A stretch of 49,580 nucleotides of DNA from Bigelowiella natans CCMP2755 (Eukaryota; Protista; Cercozoa): NCBI GenBank assembly GCA_000320545.1, contig ADNK01000560.1:1-49580 (forward strand), written 5' to 3'. Both the position numbers and the translations under genes were made by a program. Below are positions 1 through 14,045 of this stretch, piece by piece (the stretch's first letter is position 1; each line of letters opens with the position of its first letter). The notes beneath the pieces were generated by a model. It was given only the letters and a program-made list of their open reading frames with translations, was not told the DNA's origin and searched no databases.

Positions 1-62
1 TTGGGGGGGGGGGAGATAGAAAGCTAGAAAGTGAGAGAGAAATGCTTGCATTAAATTTACAG

Positions 63-720
63 GTCGACTACAGTCCATGTGGTGTTGCATGATCTTTCGG
101 AGGACTTTGCCCCGACTGTGTTTTGGCCAGCTACGCATAAGGGTAAGTAGGAGGAGAATGGGGGATTTTAGGGAAGATAATCATCATTCTAATCATCGAA
201 GCTACTACTGTCGTCATCATCATAGTTCTCTTCCTCCTCCTCCTCTTCCTCCCCATCTCACCATCAACAACCACCACACCGTAACACTTCGTCCAGCTGA
301 ACATGCTGTGTACATCGTTATTTCCTCTCCTCTCCCCCCCCCCCTCCCTTCTTTTCCCCCTGATGTATATATCCGCTATCTGCCGCCATAGATACATTGC
401 TCGATGGATCCGTCCTGTCGCTTGATATGCTCGCGGCAATCGCTCCCATGGGGAGTGCCGTCATGTAAGAAGGAGAAAATGAGGAGGAGGATGATGATGA
501 TGCCGATGATGACTCTGCCATGTGCTAGTCGCACACATATCACATGCTGATGATGATACCACCAATGCTGCTTCTCACGTAGGTATGACTCGTCGATCCT
601 ACACTATGGAGGTGGTGTCCGCATTTTATGTACTTCATATTGTTTACCGAAAGCATTCATTGCGTGCCTGTTTCTACTTACAGCAGCAGTTTTGGAAACA
701 TATAAATTATACACACACAA

Positions 721-773
<53 letters not shown>

Positions 774-1325
774 AAATTTTATGGTATCGCTGCTGTGTCA
801 AAGATGGATACATTTTCCTCCCTTTTTCCTCCTCGTATTTCGGTGTCTGAAACCCCTTGCAGGCTCTAACAAAAGAGAACAGAATAGGCACGCATTGTTT
901 CTCGACTACATGGGTAAGTAGTGCATCTTTCCTCAAAAGCTACCACATACAACATTGCCAACTACCAAGCTGCTCATAACTAGCAACCATAGTTTTATGC
1001 AGCTTCCCTCTTGTGACTGTGAGATATTTGGTTGCATTTCCACCGTCGCCATCATCAACATCATCATCGTTGGGTTGTGTGTTGTTCTCTATTATGGCAC
1101 TTAAGCGGATGAGCTGCACGGCAAGAAGTACCCTTTCTTCATAAAGGCTTCGATCTACCCAAAAGAGAAAGAAAAAGGTGCTCTGCGATTGAGATATCAG
1201 AGCATAGCGAGAGGGGGGAGGCGAAGAAAGGAGGAGGAGGAAATGAAGTGTCAATATATAATATAAATTCTTTCGATTTAGTCGATAGAATGATAAAGCG
1301 GCTGCCAAAGCGTAGTCCTCAATAA
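63..1325 (+). CDS. Phytanoyl-CoA dioxygenase (PhyH)-like 2OG-Fe(II) oxygenase, 3' exons (5' end lies upstream of the window)
   Basis: Hand-splicing at GT-AG introns gives STTVHVVLHDLSEDFAPTVFWPATHK|DTLL...APMGSAVM|YDSSILHYG|GSNKREQNRHALFLDYM|...|DRMIKRLPKRSPQ*. This matches the PhyH-family pattern (GPT.F.PGTH; G.A..YD...LH.GG.N; distal R). It is missing from the ORF track because the exons are short; the last two exons are less certain. Confidence 0.7.
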
Positions 1326-1636
1326 ATTGTCTTGCCACGATGATCGGCGTCTTATTACGATGAGGAGGCATTCATGTTGTTGTCGTTAATACCACCCGCT
1401 AATTCCTTCTGTGTTACGCACTCTATCTGACTAATGCAGGCATCTTATCCAACATATTCGCCATGCGAGAGAGTTTCGGTCGTTCAGCATAAATGATATC
1501 AGAAACATGTGTATATTTTTGTATGCATTATGTGTGTGTACACGCGTTTGTGTATGTGTGGTGAATTTGTTACTGTTTATTGTTTGTGTCCGTATGTCAA
1601 CGAGAGTGATGAGGCTACACACACACACACACACAC

Positions 1637-1677
<41 letters not shown>

Positions 1678-2562
1678 AGTACCATAGTTTGGTCCGTGTG
1701 TATAAGCATGTATGCAAGCCAAAACCATCCATATAATATACACATATACGAATGACGTTCATTTATCATTCCCCCCCCCCCCCCCCCCCCAGGCGAATTT
1801 ATCCACGCGCCGCCCGGATTGGTGGGGGGGGGGGGGGGTGCAAATGAAAGTAATTTGGGGGTGGGAGGAAGAAAGGGTTGGGGCAGTGATAAATAATAGA
1901 AGCTGTTCCCTCCCAATGTCCCCCCGCCCCAATATTAGGATGCCTCTAAAACATTCTCATCTGTCACAGATCTTCCAGCTTTCTCTTATACTACTGCTAC
2001 AGCGGCGACAAGAGGAAGAGAAGGAGGCGGTCTTTTGTCCTATTCCGAGCGGGAGAAAATATGGTGTATCTTACATCTTGCATTAACATCGTGCTTTTGG
2101 CGATGATCATCAACAATGTGTCCTGTTGGCGCAAATAAGCTGTACGAAACACGTGCCTATTCTCCTTCGACATGATGCATTAATGCTACTGAATTACCAT
2201 TGTTAGGAACCAGTGGCTGGATCATAGAATAAACTATCACAAGGATAACCTAAGGCGAAAGAGAGGCATACGAGTTGTTGATTGAATATCGATTAGTATG
2301 TATGTATGTGTGTGTGTGTGTGTGTGTCGTGTGCTGGCGGCTGCGCATGCATTAGCTTCGCACATAAAAATGGCTACCTTCAAATCGTATTATAATAATG
2401 ACAAGACACTATTGAAAAAACGTAATTATAATGCTAATAAAGCGATTCTCTGCTGTTATCAGCATACATTGTGACACATGTACTTATGACCGGAGCATCA
2501 ACGACATACTGCATTTCGCCTGGCCAATATAGGGACCGCCCTATAAAAATCACTATATTATA

Positions 2563-2597
<35 letters not shown>

Positions 2598-3183
2598 CTT
2601 TTCGTCATCGTCTGGTCTATCTGAAAAACAACGATGAATATAAAATTACTGTGTCTCTATGATCTATGCGCGCTCATTAGTACATTGTTCGCAGCCGCTG
2701 CACATGTGATCTAATATATGACAGCTATTTATGATGCATGTGAGACTCATGCGATGCTAATACGAATAAGGCAAGCTAAATGCTTTTTCAATAGTTATCC
2801 ACTCCTGGTATATTAGGCTTGTTCCTTCATGAAATAGCAGCTTCAAATTATTGATTTTTCATTTGTTCCACATGACATACGTCTCATCATAGCAGCTACA
2901 AAATCAGAAAATGCTGTACGCTGTCACCACATCGGCAGCAGATACGCATCGCACACGTGACATTGTGTCTTTTTTAGCTATATAGCGTATTGTATGTAGC
3001 AGCATAGCGTCCCACAGACCGGCGGAGGGTAGCTATTTTCACATGTAATGATGAATAACATAATAATTATAATTATAATAAACTGTTGCGGCAAGCATGC
3101 AGTGCGACCGCACAGCGTGTGTAATGTCACATCGAGGTCATGCTGCACATGCGTCCGTGGAAGTTCAGAACCAGAAAGTTATT

Positions 3184-3626
3184 TTAATTACCATGCATTT
3201 CACACCCATACATGTTGTGTTCCAGATCTGTTTGCGTGCAGCTTGTAGATGGAGAACCCATTCTAGGCTTTGTACTTTCTACCGCTACCACCACCCCCCC
3301 CTGCTCTGATGGCCTCGCTTCTAGCCTTTTTGGCCGCAGTAGAAACCAGTTGGCACTTCGTTTCCCACTGACGAATCTGATATTCGAGCATTGTTATCAT
3401 GTATTGCGTTTGACGCTCAAGGGCTAAAAGTTAAACGAAATCATGGAGGTTTAGACCACCTTTTTCCTAAGCTCAAATTCTTCATCTTTTTGTGCCACGT
3501 AATCTTGGATCTGCGGCATGTCAGAGGCCACAGTCTGCGCAAGCTTCAGCTTGTTGCACATCTTCTTTGTGCTGGTAATGATCGCCCCCGTTTTTTTAAG
3601 TTCCTAATCAAAACAAGTCACCAGGA

Positions 3627-3668
<42 letters not shown>

Positions 3669-5776
3669 ACAAAATTATACCAGCAATGTACGTATATCCA
3701 TTTACGCGTGGAAGTGTACGTGTACTCGCAGATACATTAATATTGAGTTCGTGTCTCTACAATAACACTGAGCACAGATATTATCCATCATTGTCATGAT
3801 CAGCATATTTGAGACAATCACCTCCTTGAGCTGCACCTCTCTGTTTTCAGCAGCTGCTATGCTTTTTCTGTAAAAGGATGAAGACGGGTAAATGTATTAT
3901 AAAATCAAATTTTGGGAAAATCATTGACGAAGTTTTTGGGTGCGCACCTGAGATCGACCGAATCAGAGAGGAGCTTGTTCAAAAGCGCCCTCTTTTCCGT
4001 GAGCATATGAGCTACCTTAGCTGTAGACACTTTAAGCTTCAACAAGGCCCTATTTTTTGCCTGATTACATTAGGGTGAATTTATGAAACCATCATCATTT
4101 TGCTGCTGCGACAAGAAGCACAGAATCAGGCTGTTTCAAGGTGACAAAAATCGTGGACTGCACTGCGAATGCACTTTTTGAACTAGCTTTATTCCAACAA
4201 CAGCTACAGATATCGAAGCACCTCTATTTTCTCCGAGAAACTCCCATTTTCTATCTTTAGCTGGTGGAAATCTATTGAACTCAACTTTTCACCTGATTTA
4301 ATGATGACGATGTTGTTGTTGTTGTTGATGATGATGATGAGTGGATGAGTGGGACGAAGATGTAAAGTGTGCGAATTAGTTCTCAGCTCTCCATCTCTCC
4401 ATTCTTTTAAATTCAGCTACCGGAGTGGTCCTTGTTATTGAGTCGTTTCTCGAGTTTTTGAATTTGGCTGGTGAGCTGCGAATTCTTATTCTCGAGCTTC
4501 TCCACCAAGGCATCCTACGAATCGGTATTCGACGTCAGATGAGGAGCTTAGTGGGTGAAAGACGATAGATGGTACAAATAAAGTAAAGTTTGGCTGTCGG
4601 CTGTTTGGATGCACACACAAATACGCGCTTGCATCCACTCCTAAAGAGTCTCACTACCAATTTGCATGCGAAACAGAGGGACATCAGGATGGATTTCTTG
4701 AGCTTTTATTCTCATTATTCTTCAATTCAATCAGCCAGTGTTACCTTCGCCCTAATCTTATCATCGTAGTATTTGATGACTAAATCGGCTCGGAACTTTT
4801 TTGTTGTGGGGTCAGCACCCTTGGCTAGCACCACGCGCTTGAATTCGTAGGCTTCCATTTTTATCTCAACTATCCGCGTTTCGGTCTCTTTGATCATTGC
4901 CTGAAAGAATAGGAATATCATCGTTTCTATTTTTTGGCAGAAAATTGATGACAAAAGATACTACTTTGAAATTGATTGCTTCCTTCTGAAAGTCGTTCTC
5001 CATTTCCGCCATCTGCTTCTGTCGGTGCTGTAAAAACGGAAAGAGCGGTATCAGGCTCATTCAAAGAAGGAAACAACCTAATCGGAATACCTTCATCTCC
5101 TTTGCGGCGATGAAAATTTTATTTTCCAGAGATAATGTGTGTATTGCGTGCTTGCGGCGCCCAGCTTTAGTCGAAGCTCGTCTGTATATGAATGGTATGA
5201 AATTAAATTACTGAACATTTCTCTCTTTTAGCATCTATCCTCACTTTCGAAGAACCAGTTACCTTTTAGAACTAGCTGTAGCGGGAGGGTCCATGTCCCC
5301 GTCTTCCGATAAGCTGAAAATTGCAGCAGATGGGGTAGAGTTCGTTCTCAGGCATACACATGTTTTGATAGCAACGTTCCCACAACTTTCCGCTCTCACA
5401 ATTCGAAAGAAAAACATTGTACCCAACCGAAAATCATTACCTAATTTCTTTCTCTCGAGCGAGAAAGGACTCCATCATTGCGTTCTCACGAAGAAGTATT
5501 TCACTCTCCCACATATACCTATGAGATGCAAATTTCTTGGTTAATCACTACTAAGCGAAAAACAAGCGAAACCGCCCGCTCTCCAACAGCATTAACAATG
5601 AGAGAATTAGCCGAAATCGAAGGATGATGCATTATGAAAAGACTTTCTTGCGATAACTCCGCTCGTGAAGAAATATTTTTTCCTGGCCACTGTTACAAAA
5701 CCCTCGTCTTTTCGAAATCCTGCCAAACCCTCATACTATCTGTTAGTTACCTAGCTAACTCATCCTTCGTTGTCAT
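3184..5776 (-). CDS. CFAP263: Cilia/flagella coiled-coil protein CFAP263/CCDC113 (DUF4201 family), multi-exon
   Basis: Exon peptides EILLRENAMMESFL, MIKETETRIVEIKMEAYEFKR...VIKYYDDKIRAK, KLSSIDFHQLKIEN, VPQIQDYVAQK and IRQWETKCQL parallel CCDC113 motifs (DFQQLKIEN, VPQVMTYV, IRMWERKVEI). The start (MTTKDELAR) and stop are hand-inferred. Confidence 0.8.
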
Positions 5777-6643
5777 CGTGGAGCAGGAAATGCAGCCTTT
5801 GGCTCCAGAGGATTCGAGGCTCGTTTAACGGTTTCTACTCCGGGAGAATGGACTCACAACGCTTTGCAGTTCGTGTGAGGGGGGCAGTTATGTGGCCAGT
5901 TCAGCATTAACGAGGTAACGGAGAAACGGGTTGGAATTTAAATGGAGTCTATTTTTTGATGTATAGAATTATCATCTTTGTCGTATGCTAATAATGCGTT
6001 GAGAGTCTGGTAACCGATTACAAGGGGAACATCAGAGACTTTCAGGAGAATCTCAGAAGATTTGTTGGCGGCGTCGGGAGCCCACACTGAGATTCTCGGC
6101 GGGAGCTCTATATTGTAAAATTATGTATATTATGTTGTCGCATATGATAAATAGGATTGATTTTATCGATGACTATCGGGGAATCCAAAGTAGGATCATC
6201 TTGGAAAGAAAGAAAGACTTGCCCACCCTGGGCCGCCATCACAGGTAGTCTATCGCCCTCTGATGGTGCAGACCTTGTTGTTGGGAGCCCATCGAAATGA
6301 CGAAAGTTTCTGTTGAGGGCTCCCACCGTGTGTCGAGATTATTTCTTGAACGAAGAGACTAATGTGTGAGGAGCCGATGTTTATGAACTGATATATGTGT
6401 ATACATGCATAGCATATTCTTTTACGAGCAACTCATTGTTATGCATAGATTGTAAGATCTTGAACTTCGTCGAACCTAAAATATCTCCTTTCAATATCGG
6501 GTAGGTGGACAAAGACAGTGGCATCGTGCGGGGGCAGACAAAGATTGGAGATCTAAGCACCTGATAAGGGCCCCCCTCCTTATTTGTCCTCTCGATAAGG
6601 ATTGCTCTCGAACTAAGGAAATTCGAATAGAATTATCTATAAG

Positions 6644-7006
6644 ATGAGTAGAGAAGGAAATTTTGCTCAACGAGTAGGGGTTCCGCTGCCAGTGCAAGGC
6701 ACCCCTGCTTTCTTCATTCTTGCAACTTCAGCAGTACTGGCGTCTCTATTGATTCGCACAATGAACTGGATGTCGTGCGGGCTGGTCTTCCTCCTGTTAG
6801 CGCTTCCACTCTACAGTGTGATTGTAGTTGGGGTATGTAGATAAAATAAATCATCTATGTGTATAATTAGGAAATTCATCAAAACAAAAAAATTGAAATT
6901 TGGAGAAAATAATCATTTTATTCAATATTAACCTCTAATGGGCCCGACGCTACATCCCTTCAGAATCCGTTCAGCGTGGAGCTTGTTCTCTGTTTTGACG
7001 ATTCTG

Positions 7007-7043
<37 letters not shown>

Positions 7044-7822
7044 GCGACAATCACCAGCAGCGAACAATGATCGAAATACGTGGCCTCCACGCTTCACAAT
7101 GGCTAAGGATTATCATGTCGAGGGGAGGCGGCAACATAAAGTAGAAGTAGCCTCCTCTTCTCTAAGAAGAAGGGAGTTTCCTGAACTCGAGGAGGATGTT
7201 GGAGGGGAGGAAGGGGAGCACGCAACCGTCGCCTCTGGAACGGGAAAAGATTACAAAGAGGTTGGGGGTGGGGATAAAGGTATCGACAGTGCGGATGAAA
7301 ATAGCGGCTCGCAGCAAACGCAAAACGACTATCCAAACTCTTCCGTGAAGGACAACCTCAAGAGGGTGGGTAAGGATGGGAAGGAACCGGTTCGTGTGCG
7401 TCCAATGTGGACGAACACCACAACGCCCGCGTCGCTGTTTAAGCCCCTTGATGCGAAATGCTTTCTAGTCCGGAGTGGGGCGGACTATTTCAAAACGAAA
7501 AAGAAGAAACCTTCACCAGAACCCCTTTACGACTTCAAAGGTTTTACACATCTCTGTCGTAATGCCTATAGCTATTGGTAGACAGTGGTCATTTTGAATG
7601 CACGTTTTATTAGTATTGCACTCCTTTGATGAGCCGCCATCTCCTTTCAGGTGCTGATATATTTTATGCCACTGGTTCTGGAGTGGTTATGGACTGCTCG
7701 CGTCACATAGACTTCTCAGAATGGTCAAAATCACACCTGCACGCACTCACTAAGACAAGTACATTTACAAAAACCGTGATTCAGTATAATTTGCAACCAA
7801 CTAAATGGATGTACCATCGCTC

Positions 7823-7860
<38 letters not shown>

Positions 7861-8958
7861 GATACCAGACCCCAAAGATGGATGGTTGGAGGGCGCGCCT
7901 AGGATCATTGTCAATACGTTGCAGTTTGCAGAAGACAGTAATTGGTTCGGCAAGAGCGAAGACGGGACAAGAATATACACCTTCATAATGTAGGATTGAG
8001 CGATTGTTGCACGAACGTCGTATGTAATAGTCGTCACTGTCACTCTCTGCTTTTGTGTCTTTCAAAATTATATTAGACAACTGAAAGTACCCGATTGCAT
8101 CAACCATTTACATTTTTTTGTTGCTTTATTTTTCCTTTAAAAGGTACTATATGTTGAATAAGAGGGGGGAAGCTGCGGTGAAGCAAAACACAAACGCCGC
8201 GAGGCTTTTAAAGCGTTTCGTCAACAATGAGCTCGACGAGACACGGTTCAAAATCATCATGAAGATCCAGGATAAGGAAAAGCTGGGGCTCCCCTTCGTG
8301 ATTCGGAAGTCTCTAGACCAGGTGGTGTTGTGGAGAGAAGCCACTGGAGGCCGCAAGGGAAGGGAAGCGAATGATGATGATGATGATGATGATGATGATA
8401 ATAATGATGACACATGATGATTACCACTGGCTGCTATTAGCTGCTATTATAACGACTAAATCGGTGTGACAGCACTGGTAAGTGTGCCTGCACCGCATGT
8501 GTACATACACTCACCACCTGCCATTGTCATCATCAGGTGGATGGGAAGCCCTTCCTCGCTGGTCGTATGAAGGACTCAAAGTCGTCGCGCACCCGTGGCG
8601 ATCGCTACTTTGAGTTCGGCACATACGGGCAAAACTTCGCGTACCTGGCCCGGAAGGCCATCTCCGCGTGCAAGGGCAAGTTGCCTGTTGTCAGGGTTGA
8701 CTACGGGTTCATGATAGAGGCGCAGCGAGACGAAGAGATGCCGGAGCAAATACTGGGGTGCGTGTCGATCGGGCCGGGGATCGAGTACGCGACGATGGCG
8801 CAAGGTAGGCTATACAAGCCACTGGCATTTATCAATCTAAAGCTGGTGGGGTGGTGGGATGATCTTTTCGGTAGGTAGTGCTATTCTTAGCTGCCTCCCT
8901 ATGACCCGCTGCTTTAATTTCAGGTGTAAATTGGACGGCACGGTCTAGTGTGCTCTAA
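6644..8958 (+). CDS. EDR2 C-terminal domain (DUF1336) protein with N-terminal hydrophobic segments, multi-exon
   Basis: Peptides FLVRSGADYFKTKKKKPSPEPLYDFKGADIF, RFVNNELDETRFKII, GKPFLAG, RGDRYFEFG and VDYGFMIEAQRDEEMPEQILGCVSI are typical of EDR2_C. The start could be 6644 or 6761. Confidence 0.8.
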
Positions 8959-9959
8959 CATCAATGAAGCTAGACGGAGAGAGAAGAAGAAAAGAAAGGA
9001 ATGAAATGTGCACAGCTGTAACGTATGGACGCGACTGTCTTTTTCGTAGAAAGTTTTATGTAGCCAGTAACTTCCTGGTGACCAAATGCGAATTAAAACA
9101 GTCGCGTATACGCGAAAAAATCTAAAGTTCTGGAAAAAATACCGTCCGCAATTTGTGCGCGAAAGACTGGGATGGAAAAGAAAAATCAAGATGTACCAAT
9201 GTTTAAATGGAACTCTTGTCTATTTTTGTACGTACGGTGTTGCTATGCCTAGATGCGATGATGTGGTGCTAGCTGATGCGGAAGCTAGCGCTATCATCCA
9301 CTTCTTGCTGTATCGTATAAGCTGCTAGTAAGGTCGCCAGTTGATCCCCATACCTGTGCATATAAGTGATTAGCGAGTAGCATGCATGCGCTCGAGCATG
9401 ATCCCTCCACAGCTGTCTCTCATTATTTCGTAATGTCGCATAGCTAAGCTAGTGCGCGTGCATGTGGATCTCGCTACTATCTAGTTACGTTATTACGTGC
9501 TTGTACACATATGTACACATGCATAGCGACATAGCATCGCACTAGCCTGCTAGAGCAGCATGAAGCTAGTCACCTGGTTCTGTCGCCGCGCAATGCAGAA
9601 AAAAAGTAAATAACTTTCTTTGTACATGTGGCAGTTCGTGATGTTTTTAAAGATTGAGTGCATATATCAGAGCTCTACACCCTAACCGCTACACCAGCTA
9701 CATGCAAGGGTGGTATTATGATATTATGTAATGCACATGTATTTTATCTTTGATATTGACCTTCATCCTACATGGTACACTGGCATGACATGCTTATGCT
9801 ACGTAGCAGATACAAACACAATAGACACAATATAGTACTACGCTACACAATATCTTAGCTTGTACAGAGTTTGGTGAAGATAGATTCGGGCAGTGCGCCT
9901 GAGGTAATATTTTTTTCAAAGATAATCCAAAAGGAAGCACCTCTAATTTTTAATATGAT

Positions 9960-10691
9960 TCAGAAGGGGTATTTTACGTCAAATCCTCGCTTTGCATTCT
10001 CCCGTTCAAAGCCAAGATAGTGAAAGTCGAAGACGGCAAGAGGGCATGTTCCCTTGCGACTTGGATCGTACGTTTTATTGACAAAGCAATTGGCCATAAC
10101 CTTATTGCATAGATCCATTGTCATCGGAATTGCGGTCTTAGATTGTTCCACGAAATTCGAAAAATCGATAGGCTCATTAGTAGACGTAGTGTTTGGGAAG
10201 GTTCCAGGAAGATTTTGAGCGAGATAGGCAAATGCCCAGCATTTTCTTCCCAGGGTATCCGGCGATTCGATCCGTACGCCGGGAATTCGTGGCATATCGT
10301 AATACTGGACTTGAAAAACCTGCCATGTGTTCATGAACGAGCCACTATTTTTGGGATCTGCCTGTGAATTGTTGAGCCATCCGACGGCATCTTTAACCAC
10401 TGACGATGTCTCTGGGTCACACCCATTTTTGGTGTACGATGAAAGGGAGGTGAGTAGTTTCCCCATGTACACCACTTGGTTTGGCCAGTCATGTTCCGCA
10501 TCTGTTGCATTTATCCCGCACTCGCTTCGCGAAAACAAAGATGAGCAGGCGGTTGCCCTCTCTCTTGCGATTTTACTTTCAAGTTCTTGACATTCTGTTT
10601 GCTTTGCGGAAGATGCGCCGCCTATAGACCCAAAGATAATAGCCAGGGCCGCAATGAGCGGGAACAAGCCCTCTCGGGGGGCTGAGAGCAT
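9960..10691 (-). CDS. Intronless secreted Cys-containing protein of unknown function (243 aa)
   Basis: Clean ATG-to-stop ORF with a hydrophobic signal peptide (LFPLIAALAIIFGSIGGASSA), 8 Cys, several N-x-T sequons and ordinary globular composition. Confidence 0.7.
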   Translation of the reverse strand: MLSAPREGLFPLIAALAIIFGSIGGASSAKQTECQELESKIARERATACSSLFSRSECGINATDAEHDWPNQVVYMGKLLTSLSSYTKNGCDPETSSVVKDAVGWLNNSQADPKNSGSFMNTWQVFQVQYYDMPRIPGVRIESPDTLGRKCWAFAYLAQNLPGTFPNTTSTNEPIDFSNFVEQSKTAIPMTMDLCNKVMANCFVNKTYDPSRKGTCPLAVFDFHYLGFERENAKRGFDVKYPF

Positions 10692-11054
10692 GGGGTTGGC
10701 TAGAAGGAGGGCACCTATTGAATAATGTCATAGATACTAAAACCACCTAAATCTTTGGGTAGAGACATGAAAAAAAGAAAAGAATACACTTCAAAATGCC
10801 CTGCGAGGCAGGGGTTTTGATCGAAATGAAGCTTAGGAAAAAGCAGAGAAAATGCCTTTCTCTACCGCTTGTCACAATGCAAAAACGACCCCGATATCAG
10901 TGGGTTTCTAATTAGAGCACAGGCCTTGGAGATGGTCGGTCTTCCTGCGACTCCATCTAGGATATTTTACCGATGAATTCTTATCTGAAAGATTCCAGAA
11001 TTAGAAGGAGACGGGCCTGGCCGTGCGCTGCTCCCACCTCCCACCTTCCACGTA

Positions 11055-12236
11055 ATGATGGAAGGCGGCCGGGAGTCGAAACGGGGATCCACCAGTAATT
11101 ATAACGATAGAAAGCTGAACGATGTGACAGCAGAGACCAAGCGCCCTAGTTCCCTGAGCGAGAGCGTCCCCAATGAAGGCACGATGAAGAGCTCATTCAT
11201 TCCCAATGAGGCTGCCGGGTCAGCAGAGCTATTAAAAAAAAACATGAGTGGAGCAAGCATATACGATGGCAAAGAACGTGCGATTTCAAACTGTAAGTAA
11301 CCTATATTATTTTACAATCAGGTTTATATCCGACGCCTTCAAGATGACAGGGCATGTCAACGCACCGGCCATGGAAGAAACGTAAGTTCTCTGGCTGAGA
11401 GTTTTTCTTTATCATACATAGCTACCGCTATCATCGTCCGGGAAAAGTTGATCGATTTTGACTTCTGAGAGAAACGTAACGTCTTAATCGGTGAATGTGA
11501 CATCAAAGGTACTACTGCCACGTGTGTCTTTGCAACAAACGGCGTAGCGAAGGCTATAAGGTATATCATCCTCCAACCCCAACCCTTTCATATATCTATA
11601 CTGATGGATTATCCATTCCTTCCCGTGCAATACAGCTTCGTGCCTGCGGTCACTATTACTGCAGAAGTTGTCTCTCAGCGTACCTGAGCAGTCAGTTTCA
11701 GTCGCGACAAACTCACCCAAGGTGCTTCTTCGTGGACGATTCCAGAAAGCAGGCATGCAACACCGAAATAGTTGTGGACGACCTAAAGGTGGTTTAAATG
11801 ATGAGTTGTTGGTAGTAGTAGTGGTGGTGGTGGTGGTAGTAGTAGCAGTAGTAGTAGTAGTAGTAGTAGGTTTGGCAGGTACTGTGAAGATACACAGCAG
11901 CGGCTAGTTAGAGCCCTTTTCTATTGATGGAAATAGAAGCATTTTTGTTGTCGAGGCTGGGTTGCTTGTAGCAGATGGTTTTTCTTCACACGAATAGATG
12001 TTTATCAATTTCGAGATGTCGTTTTGTTTGGAGGAGTAGAGAAACTGATGGTGTTTCAATTATTGATTGTTTTAAGTATGGAGTTTGACGTTGGTGATAG
12101 TGGCTGCTCTCGAGAATATTTTTCACTGCACGTTGTGTTTATTTGCATACTGCAATAATGTGCAGGAGGTTGCTACACCAGAGGCATGGAAGAAATATAT
12201 TTACTTTATGAACAAGGTGGTGGTCACACACGCGCA

Positions 12237-12311
<75 letters not shown>

Positions 12312-12313
12312 TT

Positions 12314-12352
<39 letters not shown>

Positions 12353-13919
12353 CTGTAACATATACTCGCAAATGACTTTATTAATACATATTTACTTTCC
12401 ATGGTTTTATAAAATCCACCAGGAAACAAATGACAACTTTATCGACTGTCCCAAGTGTAAGAAACAACAGGTAAAGCAGAGAGAAACTCAATGTGGTGAG
12501 AGAAATTATGTTATATCCTCAGTATTATGATATTGGTCGTGGTAAATTATGGTGATTTCAGATAGGGGACCCAAAGCAGCCATGGATGGTTTGTAGATCT
12601 GAAACGTGTAGCCATGAGTTTTGCTTCGTGCACCAGAACCAGGTCGCCATCATCATCATCATCATTTGATATGAAGTCTGTTCATATTATTGTCATCCCT
12701 ACTACTACCACTTTGAGCATTACTACTACCTGTATGATGAACCTCTTCCTCTTCCTCTTCTTCGTCGTCATCGTCGTGACCGTCATGCCCACCAGCACCG
12801 CAATCACATCCTCTTTCTCCCCTCCTCTGCAGCACACGAAGGAGATAACCTGTGCAGACTACGAGGCAAAAGTAGTTGCATGTGTGCTTTGGAATTAGGG
12901 GGAAGTGTTAGAGAAACGAATCAATATAGGCCTCATTCAGAAGCTCTATACGAGCGTGGGAGAAGAGAGTGGGGGCGTGAGACTGCCTTTGCCTGTTTTC
13001 CCGTGGGAGTCTTTGCTTTTCCATTGATTATCATCACCACCACCACCATCATCAGCATCCTCAATCTCCTCCTGCTCCTCCTTATCATCATAATCTCAGG
13101 TTCGACTCGAAGAAAAGAAAAATATGGCATGGGAATCTGCCAACACAAAAAAGTGCCCCAAGGTGATGCACATGCATACTGTTAAGCTATCGGCAGGAAG
13201 GGGGAGGGAAGGGAAAAGGAAAGATAAATATTCTTTCTTCTTACAGTGCCAATGAGGGGGCTGCTCACACAAGCGACCAATTAGATCCTTATTGCCTGCT
13301 GGTCCTCGATTCCATCTTTCTTCTTCATTTTGTTTTTACATGCTTGATCAGTGTGGTGTGGCGACCGAGAAGAATCAGGGCTGCAACCACATGACGTGCT
13401 ACGTGTAAGCAGTAAACACTACAATAAAGATGTCTTGTCGCGCACACACATTCGAACAGGACAAAACCATCATTATTCATGCATGTGTACACATATTCCT
13501 GCATCGCCATCGATCAGCTGCAAGACGGGGTGGTGCTGGCTATGTGGGGAGGAGATTGGCAACCAAACGCTCCCCGACCACTACAAAGAGGGGAAGTGCA
13601 AAGGAAAGCAATTTACGACGGAAAGTGTTGCGGCGTACATGACTCCCTGGGAGGCCACAATTTGCGTTATGGTAGTAGCGAGGCAGTGTGCAATTGTAGT
13701 AGCATGGTGGTTGTCGGGTTGCTGCAGGAAAGAGTTCCAAAATAGCGATTAAAAACAATGTTCTCACGAAGAAGCAACGGCACTTCCTTGTTCTGCTGCA
13801 TTTTTGACTTTATACAATGTCGAGGAGAACAGAAATTGTCGGTGTTTGCAGTTGCACTGCCAAAGAATTGATTATCTTTGAACAATTCGTACTTGCTCGC
13901 AACATTGATGATGTCATGT

Positions 13920-13958
<39 letters not shown>

Positions 13959-13981
13959 TTTTCTTATTATCTTATCAACAT

Positions 13982-14045
<64 letters not shown>

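Noticed and set aside
604-1371. Minus-strand ORFs of 110 and 143 aa
   Set aside because: They are antisense to the spliced PhyH-like gene, whose motifs and splice phases fit the plus strand.
1771-1838. C20 ... G15 inverted homopolymers
   Set aside because: Low-complexity sequence typical of this genome's non-coding DNA and prone to sequencing error; no further support.
1431-1916. ORFs made of YI/HT/CV runs (also near 12085-12530, 13667-14285, 41817-42343 and 45864-46343)
   Set aside because: Translations of (TA)n, (CA)n and (TG)n microsatellites.
5950-6110. RNase P/MRP RNA (GAAAGTCTCTG on the minus strand resembles CR-I)
   Set aside because: No matching CR-V/P4 partner could be found.
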